Positions 28,876-40,095 of a DNA stretch of 64,000 nt are shown one piece after another. The notes beneath the pieces are model-generated. The model saw only the letters and a program-made list of their open reading frames with translations, was not told the DNA's origin and made no database searches. The DNA lies in the IMG/VR virus record IMGVR_UViG_3300028888_000053, positions 1 through 64,000 of that record, one strand, 5' to 3'. The DNA comes from a virus. Taxonomy: Duplodnaviria; Caudoviricetes. The position numbers and the translations under genes are program-made. Numbering within the stretch: the stretch's first letter is position 1; every line of letters starts with the position of its first letter.

Positions 28876-30792
28876 TTAATTATTTAATAAACTTGCAGAT
28901 CCTTCTGTAAAGCCTGTGCTACGTCTAAAATCGCCAATATTATACATTTCCTATAATGCATCTTGAATAGACACCTTTGTATTTGTTCCTGCACCAATTT
29001 TTGTTTGCGCAAGATTCTATGTAACAGGAATAAAAATTGTGCCTTTATAAAGTCTGTCAAAATTCTAACCCCAATCAAATGGATTTAAAATAGAATAATC
29101 ATCCCAATCATATTTGTAATCTTTGCCAGATTCTGCATCTTTATGAAATACTGCATTAAGAAAAACATCTTTGTATGTATCTTCTTCTGAACCCGAAATT
29201 CTCTATGCCATATCGGTCGTGATAATTTTGCTAGTAGATAATCCATTAAGACATAAATATGGTTCGAATTTTGAAGTATCTGGAAGTCCAGAATAAGGAT
29301 CAATTAAACCTTCTTCTTTCATTTTCTGTATTACTTCTTTACTATCCATGCCTTTTACATTGATTAAATCTATTAGTTCTTTATGCTTAGACATAAAATC
29401 TAAATCCGGTACGATTTTTCCACTAGATTCGTCACGAGTAATAGGTAATATAACTCTAGTAGCCTATCTATCATTCATAAACGCGACATCTTTAAAATCT
29501 TCTGGATTGAGAACCTAGTCTTCAAATGTTATAGCATAATCACCACCCTTGGTGACGCTATTATATCCATAATCCATAAGAAACTGTAAGCTACCATTTC
29601 CAGTTATTCTATGTGAAGGATCATACGATAAATTGGGATAATTTTGTCCATTAATCTAGTAAACATTGCCATTACGATCTTTTAATGTATATCTAGTATT
29701 ATTTGCGCCTTGCGCTGTAGAAATATTAGTAAACAAATCTGCATACTCTTCTGTGGAACTTCCAGAACCAGACCCGCTTTTTGATCCTAATTTTTTCCCA
29801 TTTATATCAAATTTTAGTATCTCATCTTTATGGTCAGTTTTCGAATGTTGTTGAGTTAATCTACTCATTATAATATTCATAGCACCTTCATCAGTTCCAT
29901 CACTATGATATTTTAATAAAGTTTTAGCATTTTCCGGTAATTGCTAATAAATGTACTTTAAAGCAGATCTAATTTGTGTAATATTATCTTTTTCAAGATG
30001 TGATACATTATATAAACCATCGATACCAGCCTCAGAAACAAAATCATCCTGTTGTGAAGCTTGCTATAACTATGCAACACCATTTAAAACTGTTTGTGCT
30101 TTTCTTTTTTCATAAGTACTAGTTTTTGTTTCATAAGTACCCAAAGAACCTATATACTATGAAATCAATTTATCAATTTCAGGCTAACTTGTAGCATTAG
30201 ATAATGCTGTAATGTATGTACTATCCATTGGATTCGCTTGCGCCCTTAATTGTAAAATTTCAGAGTTTCTTATTGGTGTATAACCAGCATAATCTTCAGA
30301 ATTCTATTTATAATCCTCAACAGATACATACTGTACTTGTCTATTTTCATCAAAAAACATAAGTTTGCCATCTGGTGAAATTGCGACTTCATTTAATGCT
30401 TGTTTCTTATTTATATCCTCAAATGCCTTATCATATCTTTCTTTATAATACTTTGCATTTTTAATTTCAGCAAGAGTAGTAAAATAGTATGTCGCTAATG
30501 TAGATGAATTTGCCATACCTGGAATAGAAGCAATCTAAGACAGCTACGTCAACTATTGTGTAATATGAGCAAGATCACTAGGAAGACCATCCATCTTTTC
30601 TGCCATCTAGATAATATCTTTCATGGTAAGATCATCCTTATCAGAACTTGAACTAGACTTAGATGAACTGCCAGAAGAGCTGGACTCATAAGATCCAGCT
30701 CTCTATCTTGCAGTGCCACTATTCACCATTACTGGCTAATATACGGTATATGGTGGCATAAAACCACCCTATTGCATAATTTGTAATTTCAT
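28876..30792 (-). CDS. Virion/ejection protein (638 aa, TAG=Gln)
   Basis: Starts MKLQIMQQGGFMPPYTVYQP, joins ORFs 29203, 29656 and 30304, ends SLLNN-TAA one nucleotide before the next ATG. Confidence 0.8.
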
Positions 30793-30794
30793 AA

Positions 30795-33700
30795 TTATTT
30801 TAATATACTTCTTATTGATAACAGCTAAGCTTTTGATAATCTATCAAGAGCTTTTGAGTTTTCTCTTAGTCCAGCAATGATTTGTTTAATTAAACGATCA
30901 TTGTCTTTGCTTCTCTTCTTAACTTGAGTATCATCAAGAGTGCCACCTTTCTTAGCTGCACGTGCTTGATTATTTTCATAATGACTAATATCAACGCCTT
31001 TATTTTTAAGATACTCTAATGTATATTTCCAAGTAGCAGCCTATTGTGCATCTTGATATTGATATTGAGCCTAGTATAATTCTGGCCAGGTCACTCCTGT
31101 TCTGTGAGATACATCAAGCCAATTTTGTCTTGCACTTCTAACAGTTTCATCATTAGCTATCTAATGTGCTAACCATGCTTCTTCAGCTTTATCTTGATAT
31201 CTTTCACGCTTGTCTCTCAAGTCATCCATTCTCTATCTCAGACGAGATTCATTAGCCATAAGGTAATTGTTAATAGAATCCATATTAGATCTAATTTTAC
31301 CCATATGAGCCTTGATTTCTTGATTATATAATTCATGTAAAGCGGCATTATTGAAGTCAGCTACTCCTAAATTATATTTATCTACTTCTCTATCTACAGC
31401 CCATTGTTTTTCAGCTGTATCTCTAAGAATTTGATCAGATTTTAATTGACCTTCACGAGTTATATTCTAACCTTTATATTGAGCTTCTTGGGCTATAGCT
31501 TCATTAATTGAAGCATCAGAAGTTTTAGCCTAACCAGCATTTGCCAATAATTGATTAGCTTGTTGATTAGCTGCCTATTCAATATCAAAACCAGTATAGA
31601 CATTTCGATGAGCAACCATAGGATTCTTTAATGGAGTTCTAAGTTGCTTTGCAAGATCATACATTTTACTATTGCCACGAAGATTTGCCATTAGTCTTGC
31701 AATATCCAAAATCTCTGGTCTGAAGTCTGGGAAATTTTTAATCCATTCTTTCCATTTATCACTTCTTCCAGGAATTCCACTTATTACACCAGAACCAACA
31801 CCTATTTTTTGCGGTTGTTGTTTAGCTCCTTCTTGTGGTGTGCCTTGTTGCCCTGGTTTTTCTCCTTCTGTAGCAGGAGCAGGAGCTTGTTCTGTCTGAG
31901 AAGTTTGTGGCTGTGCTGGATTTTCTAATCCAAGATCTTGTATATCTTGTGGACTTAAAATTGCTATGTCACCATTTGCTTTTTTGTAAACCCATCCAAG
32001 ATCTCCAATCTTATGGACTCGTTTTTTTTTCTCTTCAGGAGTTAATTCCTCAAACTCTTTTTCGTACTAATCCATTCTTCGCTTCCATGTACTAGTACCC
32101 ATCCAGCTTTCTATATCGTCGTCTTGATAACCAATATTATATGCTCTATTTGTATCATTAGTTTCTGTTTGACTTCTATTTGCAAACATTTGTTTAAATA
32201 ACCTATTATGGTCTAATGCAACTTCAGGTGTATTTGCAATATACTTTGTTGGATTATCTTGCTAACCATAATGCCAAAAACCTCTAATTTTAGCTGCGTT
32301 TTGATTGTATCCGGCAACATATTCTTCAAGAGATTTGCCATTATACGCATCATTATAATACGTATTTAAATCTCGTCCAACTAAATCCTAATTGTTAGTA
32401 TAAGCTGTATTAAAAGCTTCTGGACTAGCTAAGTTCCAAATACTTTGTATTTCTTCGTCGGTCTTTCCTCTATTATGTGCATTTAACAACTTATCATTAG
32501 CATACTATTTTCTTTCATATTGATCAGGAAATCCTCTTAAGACTAGTTGTGGATATCGCATTGTATACCAAGTTTCTTTTGCAGGAGTTATTCTTTCTAA
32601 TGTAGTACCTGGTTTCGCTTTAACAATTCCTCCATTTTTTTTGAGTGCTAAAAGACGTTCTAATTTACCACCTTGTCTTTCTGTAGGAGTAGCTCCTTCT
32701 ATTGGTTCTGCAGGAGTTCCTGCAGCAGGAGTTTCAGTAGTAGCTGGTTTGGTTTTTGGCTTTGTTGTTTTTGGTTTTGATTGTCTTGTTATTTTAAGAT
32801 TTTCTATAAAATTATTAAAATATGATTCTTGCTCAGAAATACGTTCCGGTGAGAAACCTAGACTTTTCTGTTTCGCGATCTCCAATTTAAATAGCTTATC
32901 AATAGCATCTTTTTGAGATTGATTTGTAACTTTGTTGGTAATTGCATTTGATGGCTATGTTAAACTTTGCACTAATTCAAATTTTCCATCTGCTGTTTTA
33001 ACTACCCATTTATAATTTGGTGTTACTTTTCCATTTTCTAACTAGAATACTATAATATCTTTAGGAGATTCTACATTTGTTCCTTTATTAATATTTAAAA
33101 ATTCATTAGCATCAGGAGCATTCGGGTTTAATTTATGATATCTATTAACATTTTCTTGCTAAATATCTGTCATTCTGCCGCGCGCAGCCGCCGCTCTTGC
33201 TTGTTCGTATAAGCCTCCTGGTTTTAGATATTCTTTCATAAATGTTTTATCATCAATAAAATTATCCCATGATCTAGTAGTCGTTGTTTCAAATGGACTT
33301 TGTTCAAAATGCCATCTCTATGGACGTGTCCGTGTAAATGCCGTTCTTGGCATATATTGTTTTTGAACTTCTAATGTAGCAGGATCAAATCCCTCAACCT
33401 GACTTGGATGAGATTGAGCCCATTGTCTCAATGCTTCATTTTGAGATTCTATTGTAGAAGCAGACTAAATATTTTTGATTAAAGTATCATCGACCCCTTG
33501 AATTTGCCCAGATTTACCAGATCCATCTTTGACATTTAAGTTTGTTGTTTCTGTACTTTTAATATTATTGCGACGAATTCCTTCACCTTTCAATCCCAAG
33601 CCGATATTTGCAACAGCATGTAATCCACGCAATAACTATACCATTTCATCCTTAGTAAGATCTGGTAAAGAGCCTGCACGATTAATTAATAACTTTCCTG

Positions 33701-35744
33701 CAGACACAACCTCTGGAACTGAAGAAGCCATCATATAACGACCTAACCATTTTAACTATGGCGCGAATCTTGTAGCCGTATTGATAAGGTGTTTATCTTT
33801 GAATTTCTTACCAAGAATAGGAATACCAGCAATAAATGCGGTTCCTAAATTTAATCCAGCATATTTCAACGCTTCAGACTTTGAGACATATGGGTCCCAT
33901 AAGTCGTTTCCAAGTCCAGTTCCAGAACTAAGAGCACTTAAAGCCCATCCAGCGGCTGGATATTTATACATAGCAAGAGCTCCTGTTAAACCAAGCGCAG
34001 CTTCTGCCATTCTAGAATAATCATCATAAGTAAGTTTTTGCGCACCAGCTTCAAGAGCTTCATCCGACCTGATATTCTATTCTCTAATAAAATTAAAAGG
34101 TAAAAATGGACTTTTTTCAGTTTCACTCTACTTATATTGATATTTTTCTGGCTCTATAGGTAACGTGTTCCCTCGTAACTCTGCTATTCTCTATGCTGCA
34201 TCTTTATTGTTCCATGGTTTTTTAGGGGTTTGTTGTTTAGTCGTTATTTGACCGGATTTTTGAAATTTCTGTATATTTGTTAAAATGCCACCAATTTGAT
34301 TTTTAGGAACATACTTAAATTTATTTCTGTTATAAAAATCTTTTCGCATTTTTTCAAGAAGTTTTGTGTGCTATTCTGGATCTATACGTACTTTTGATAA
34401 AGTGCCTTTTGTAGTATTAAATTTAGTTATAATACCAGTTTTAGGATCAAAAGAAGCATTAATTAAATATTCATTCTCATTTAGTTTAGTAAATTCATCA
34501 TTCTGCTAATCATTAAATTGGTCAACCATTAAATATAAGAATTGTGAAAATTCTTTAGATAGATTTGGCCTTAAATTTAACAGTTGTGAATTTTGGAACA
34601 TCTTTTCAAAGTTCGTTAAATCTAGTATATCATGATATTTATTATTGAAATCATTCCATTTTTTCTAAAATTCCTCTGGAGTCCAGCCTTTAATTTCTTT
34701 ATAATCAGGATCCGATAACGTATAAACAGTTTTTTCATAGAAAGGAGTATTGAATATCCTATTCTACTCTTCATTCCACTTCTAAAGATTCTCCTAATTC
34801 TTAAGCTAATCTCTTGTTGATTGTAATGACTATTGCATTTGAGCCTTGTATACATCTATGGCGTCCATTTGTCCCATCCATTCTGGATGAGCTTCTAACC
34901 ACCTATCAAAGTATAAATCCTGAACATCTTTTGGATCCATATCCTATAACCTCTATGACTATTCACTTTCTCCACTAATATTAGTAACATCAAAAAGTTT
35001 TCTATTTCCAGCCATTCCTAGATTATTGAAAATACTCTTCAAAGTATTTTGTTCTGTTTCACCATATTCAGGGCCAATAGTATTAAGGTCCTGAATAGCT
35101 TTGTCTAGTTTTGCAATATACGATTCCTTATTTTTATGAATTCCCCAGTCGTAATCTGTTGTTGATTCATTTAAATAATCCCTGTATTTTGGTAAATATT
35201 CTTTAAGCCATGCTAGACGATTAGTATTACTACGAACTTTTCTGTTATTTGGATCTATATCATCCTACTATTGCCAATCTAATTTCATCTGACTGGTTAA
35301 TTTATCACCTCCAAAAATAGTCTAAGCAAAGTATTTTCCAAATTCAGAATCGGCATTAAACTTAGTTTTTGCTTTTTCTTCTTCCTTTTCAGTCGTAGTA
35401 GTATTACGTTTTATAGGAGTCATCTAATTATAAATCTACTTAGTAAAATTAATTGCATACCCAATAAAACGATCATCAGAAATACCATTGCCATACCAAC
35501 GAGTATCTTTATCTTGATGAAGACTACCATCAGCGACAGCCTATTTAACTGCAGTATAAGCAGCCATAGCATGTTCTCTATCTTTGCGACGAGTAAACTG
35601 ATTTAAGAATACTTCTTCATTATGTGGATTATCAAGATTTGCTAATAATCTTTCAGCGTCGTAATTACCATACTATGTTCTTACTTGTAATTCAGGTTCA
35701 TCGGCAGTACCGCCACTTGCTAATTTCTTTATATATTGTGCCAT
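30795..35744 (-). CDS. Large virion/ejection (cargo) protein (1649 aa, TAG=Gln) with putative membrane segments and P/A/T-rich linkers
   Basis: Starts MAQYIKKLASGG, joins ORFs 32505 and 33756, ends IRSILK-TAA. Gly/Ala hydrophobic stretch at 33780-34010; several xxGG motifs. Confidence 0.8.
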
Positions 35745-35756
35745 ATGTCATATATT

Positions 35757-35789
35757 AAAAAAGGAGGTATAAAATAATTTACACCTCCT
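35757..35789 (-). terminator. Intrinsic terminator-like hairpin
   Basis: Minus strand AGGAGGTGTAAA-TTAT-TTTATACCTCCT followed by a T tract, just upstream of the ATG at 35744. Confidence 0.7.
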
Positions 35790-35818
35790 CCACCTTAAAA
35801 CATTATAAGTTAATCTAA

Positions 35819-36136
35819 TTATTTTCTAATACGATATGCGATTTTCCCACCTGCACGATAAACGGGTTCACCTTGAGGCTCTTCCTGAGGAGCTCTACCA
35901 CCCTGTTGTGCTTCCTGAATAAGCTGAATAAACATGTTGCATACCTCCATGGCACTCTGACAATCATTATTTTGAATTGCTTGCATAGCTAATTGTGCCA
36001 TAACCATCATTGGATCTTGCTCTTGAGGAGCTGCTTCTTGAGGCTGTCCAACTGGTACTTCTTCTTCCATGGGCTCTTCAGCGGGAATTTGTCCGCCTTC
36101 CTAAAGATAATTAATTTTACGTAATTTAAGTTTCAT
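35819..36136 (-). CDS. Small Q/P/E-rich virion-associated protein (105 aa, TAG=Gln)
   Basis: Extends the track ORF through one TAG: MKLKLRKINYLQEGGQIP...PVYRAGGKIAYRIRK-TAA. Confidence 0.8.
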
Positions 36137-36199
36137 GTTTTTAATATATTTTTAACGTTAATAAATATGTTGAATTTTCTGTAATTATTAAGATACACA

Positions 36200-36228
36200 A
36201 TTATAATATATTGAATGTATTAATTCAA
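36200..36228 (-). promoter_or_regulatory. Putative promoter TTGAAT-N17-TATAAT
   Basis: Minus strand TTGAAT taatacattcaatatat TATAAT in an intergenic gap. The same architecture recurs at 49714 and 61907. Confidence 0.6.
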
Positions 36229-36251
36229 ATTTCTTTCTTAAAACCTGAAAA

Positions 36252-37589
36252 TTAGCCATTATCCTTATTGTTATCAAGACTAACATACTCAGCATCACGA
36301 GAATCTTGAGCATCTAATTCCTTGAATACATACTTACCTAAAGACCTACAATAATTATCAAACTTCTCGTTTTTTCTATTCTTATAAGCCTTCTTTGCTT
36401 TACGGATAATAACTCGTGTAGATGTTCTACTAAATATTCTCTGGCCAGATTTTAATTCATATTGTGATTGTCCGTCACTACCAAGAACAGACATTACATA
36501 TTCATCATCATCTCCTGGTAAATCCAAATCATCACCAGGTTGAACATCTGCATCTTTATCTAATTCTACAACAAACATTACATTGTCTTCATGAACTAAT
36601 GTTTCGTTCATTGGTTCGATTCGTTTTACAGAGATACATTCTTCATCATCATCAAAGAATGCTATAGTTAAAGGAATTAATGTATCTTTACCCCAGTAGT
36701 CAACCGATTGAGGACGATCGTAATAGAAGATCATACCTTCATTAGGTTCTAATTCTTTAATTCCCTGTAATCCTTTTTCTTTTTCTTCTGGTGTTTTGGC
36801 TTCCCATAAATGATATTCCTTACCACCAATTTGAGCTGCAATTTGATTCTCTTTCAATTCGCTTGTAGGTACTTCTTCTGGCTCTTTAACTTCATCACCT
36901 TCAGCATCTTTTTTGATACCACCAGCTTCTACTGGTAAGTTCTTTGTAAAATAGAATTTACCTTTAAAGAATCTGCCATCACCTTTCATAGTATGGACTA
37001 CATTCTTTCCACTAATATCATTCTTATCCAAATCATTAGGTAAGATTACAATTTCACCAGAGATAGCTTCTCTAACTTTGCGTTCAGGATTAATTTTATT
37101 ACCAGCTTCATCAAATTCAATATCACCACCATTTTTAAACAACTGCATTCCGTGAAATGCTTTTTCAATATGATCATCGTCCATTAAAGCGAATAATTTC
37201 TTTAAAGATGATCCTTGTTTCTGTTTTTCTTCACGGATCTTTTTAATGTCATCTTTAGTGTATTTCTTATCAATAGAAATCATGCCAAGAATATCTTTCA
37301 TCATATCAACGAAACTATCCTCCTCATAAGCCTTTTCTGGACCACCTAAAGATATAATAACTTCAGTTTCACCACCAAATAAATCAGCCAACTTTTCTGG
37401 TTTATAATCCCTTAAGATATGCTTAGGATGACCAAGAGATTCCATAATAGCACATAACAGACATTCGAGATCATCTTGTTCGACTTCTTGTTTATCATCG
37501 ATTTCTGTTTCACGTCTTGTCGTAGGCTCTAATCTCTCTTCTACCTCTTCGTTATATTCACTAATCAAGTCTTTAAATGTCTTACTCAT
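36252..37589 (-). CDS. DUF192-domain protein with long acidic N-terminal extension (445 aa)
   Basis: EAKTPEEKEKGLQGIKELEPNEGMIFYY...YWGKDTLIPLTIAFFD...VVEL matches the DUF192 pattern. No internal TAG. Confidence 0.8.
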   Translation of the reverse strand: MSKTFKDLISEYNEEVEERLEPTTRRETEIDDKQEVEQDDLECLLCAIMESLGHPKHILRDYKPEKLADLFGGETEVIISLGGPEKAYEEDSFVDMMKDILGMISIDKKYTKDDIKKIREEKQKQGSSLKKLFALMDDDHIEKAFHGMQLFKNGGDIEFDEAGNKINPERKVREAISGEIVILPNDLDKNDISGKNVVHTMKGDGRFFKGKFYFTKNLPVEAGGIKKDAEGDEVKEPEEVPTSELKENQIAAQIGGKEYHLWEAKTPEEKEKGLQGIKELEPNEGMIFYYDRPQSVDYWGKDTLIPLTIAFFDDDEECISVKRIEPMNETLVHEDNVMFVVELDKDADVQPGDDLDLPGDDDEYVMSVLGSDGQSQYELKSGQRIFSRTSTRVIIRKAKKAYKNRKNEKFDNYCRSLGKYVFKELDAQDSRDAEYVSLDNNKDNG

Positions 37590-38679
37590 CGTCTTTAGAT
37601 TTTAATTTAGTCATATCTATAACAAATCTTCCATCAATATCTCCATTTAACATACGTTCATATGCTTTATTAATGGCCTCTGGAGTTGGTTCTAACTCTT
37701 CAACTTCTGGGTATATATCGTTTCTAATGCTAAATTTAGCACATAGCTCAGTTTCAGGAATACCACCAATCTGAGATCCCCAGATCTTAACTCCAGGATA
37801 ATTCAATATCATATCTTTAATATTAACATTTATGTCTTTACACTCTTCATATGGAGGTAGTCCAACAATAGCAAAATCACCATTATATTTCATTAATGGC
37901 AAATAAGTGTTCAAATCATATTGATATGGAATTGTCGAAATAATAAAGTCAAAAGATTTAGTCAAGTCTTCATCAGTATGAAATTTATCATCAACCTGTA
38001 CAAATTTAATACCTAATTCTTTTGCAAAATCAGCTTTATCTTCTTTATCAAAAGCAGTAATATCACAGCCTAATGCTTTTAGATATTTAACTGCCATATG
38101 ACCAAGACCTCCTAATCCTAAGACTCCACAAACACTATCTTCTGAAACATTAGCTTGATGAATGGGAGAGAATGTTGTAATGCCAGCACACATTAAAGAA
38201 GGACATTTCTTTAAGTCAGCGTTTTCTGGAATTTTAATTCCAAAATTCTCATTTAATACATATAAATTAGAATAACCTCCTTGTGTGATTTCATTATCAT
38301 GTCTCCAGTCTTTTGATGCGTATGTTAAAACTACATGTTTGCAATCTTGTTCTCTTTTATTTCTACATGCTGGACAATTCATGCAGCTATCAACCATACA
38401 GCCGACTCCACAGTAATCTCCAACTTTAAATCTTGTAACCTAAGAGCCAACTTCTTTTACTCTGCCTAAAATTTCATGACCAGGAATCAAAGGGAAATTT
38501 TCAACATTACCCCAGTGATTTTTAACAGTATGTAAATCACTGTGACAAATTCCAGCATAAAGTATTTCAATTAAGATATCGTATTCATCAAGAGGTCTTC
38601 GGGTAAAATGTATTTCTTTAAATTTATCAGCTGATTTTTCTATACCAAATCCAACTGCCTTTATTCGTTCTTTATTCAT
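37582..38679 (-). CDS. Zn-dependent NAD(P) alcohol dehydrogenase/aldehyde reductase, cinnamyl-ADH (YahK/AdhC-like) MDR family (365 aa, one TAG=Gln)
   Basis: GICHSDLH, PGHEILG, GVGCMVDSCMNCPAC...C (structural Zn), LMCAGIT, GLGGLGHMAVK and GRFVID. Two track ORFs join across the TAG at 38440. Confidence 0.92.
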
Positions 38680-38681
38680 AA

Positions 38682-38868
38682 TTATTTATAATTCATTATA
38701 TAATTTACGCAATTCTATATCGCTTCCTTATAATTATCTGGGTATTCATCAATTTCGTGTTTATCATAATTCATTTAAACAAAAATATTTTAACAATAAA
38801 GGAATAGCTTTATAATGTTTATTTTTGAAAATTTCAGTAATTAGTGATTGACATAATATATTATTCAC
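38682..38868 (-). other. Two overlapping tiny ORFs (34 aa and 30 aa), or one frameshifted ~60-aa gene
   Basis: GTG38868 (GTGA overlap with the upstream stop) VNNILCQS...YFCLNEL-TGA38764. ATG38774 MNYDKHEID...YIMNYK-TAA38682, 2 nt before the ADH ATG. Confidence 0.35.
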
Positions 38869-40094
38869 ACTTTTATTTCTTTTAACAATCCAGTTCTGTC
38901 ATCAGTATTCTCTATAATATCAATTGCTAATAATTCACCAGCTTTTCTAGCAATTTCGTCTTTATCCTTCTGTGTTTCTGCTTCATGATACTATTTACGC
39001 AACTCTTCGATTTCATCTGTTAATTCTTTATTTAAGATGATTTCATTAAGCTCAATTTCTGCTTGCTATTCACCTGATTCAGAAGATACAACAGGTATTC
39101 CTTTATGAGTAATCTCTCCCTTTAATTCTGGATTAACCTCTTCGAGATTGTGTTTTCTTGCATGTAATGCTCCTTCTGGAATAAGGTTCATCTAACCTCC
39201 ATTCTAGAATTTATCCACATCTCCTACTAACTAAATGTCAAGTCCAGAAAAATCGGGTTCTGCTTGATGCTAAGATCTATAAGCAACTCTATGTGCAATC
39301 TAAAAAGCTTTAAGATTACTTAAAATACCACCTTTTTTTGCCGCGTGAATTGCTCCTTGATCGTAACCACCATTCATTAAGTTCATGTATTCTTGATTAT
39401 TCATATCTTGTTGCTATGCTAATGATTGTAATCGCATTTGATTATAATCCATAATTGTATTTAATTCGTTTTGTGTTCTACCAGCATCTGAAATTAATTC
39501 ATTGGCTCTTCTTCTTTGTTTAGAAGACCAAGCACCATATTTGCCAATCCTACCCATGGCACTATTAAAATCCCCTTCAGATCCATTATAAGAATTTCCA
39601 GCTAATGCCCAAGTTCTATAATCTCTATCAATAGAAATAGTCTTTTTACCTCCAAATCCATTGATAAGACCTATATTCCAGTTAAAGAAATTAGAACCTA
39701 AGATAGCATCTTTTCTGGTTTTTCCATCAGTTCCACCACCTAATCTACCAAGCCCTTTTCCGAGTAATTCCATACCCTTCATTGCTCCTCCTGCTATCTA
39801 TCCCCAACCTGGAATATTCATAAGTGTATCACTGACTTTATCATAAGCAGCATCCATACCAGCGGTGATGTTTCCATATTCACCATCGTATTCATTCTTT
39901 GGTTTTATAAAAGCGCCAGCAAAATCAGCTGCTTGACCTACTGCTGAAGCCCAACCTCCGGCCGCCTAAGTTTTGGGACCAGAGGTAGACAACGCAGAGA
40001 AAAAGCTACCAGCATTGGAGGCAAAAGGCATGCCTCCTCCGCCAGTTCCATATGTGGGGCCACTAATGACACCACTACCAATATTTCCATTCAT
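38865..40094 (-). CDS. Gly-rich virion cargo/internal protein (409 aa, TAG=Gln)
   Basis: Starts MNGNIGSG, contains track ORF 39414, AAKKGG and KFQNGGQMNLIPEGALHARK...QAEIELNEII, ends KEIKV-TGA. Directly follows the muzzle gene, as in crAss-like phages. Confidence 0.75.
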
Positions 40095-40095
40095 A

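Noticed and set aside
837-35744. Apparent field of pseudogenes or dozens of short ORFs
   Set aside because: Fragments stay in one frame per gene and are separated only by TAG, and catalytic motifs are intact. Recoding explains this, not decay.
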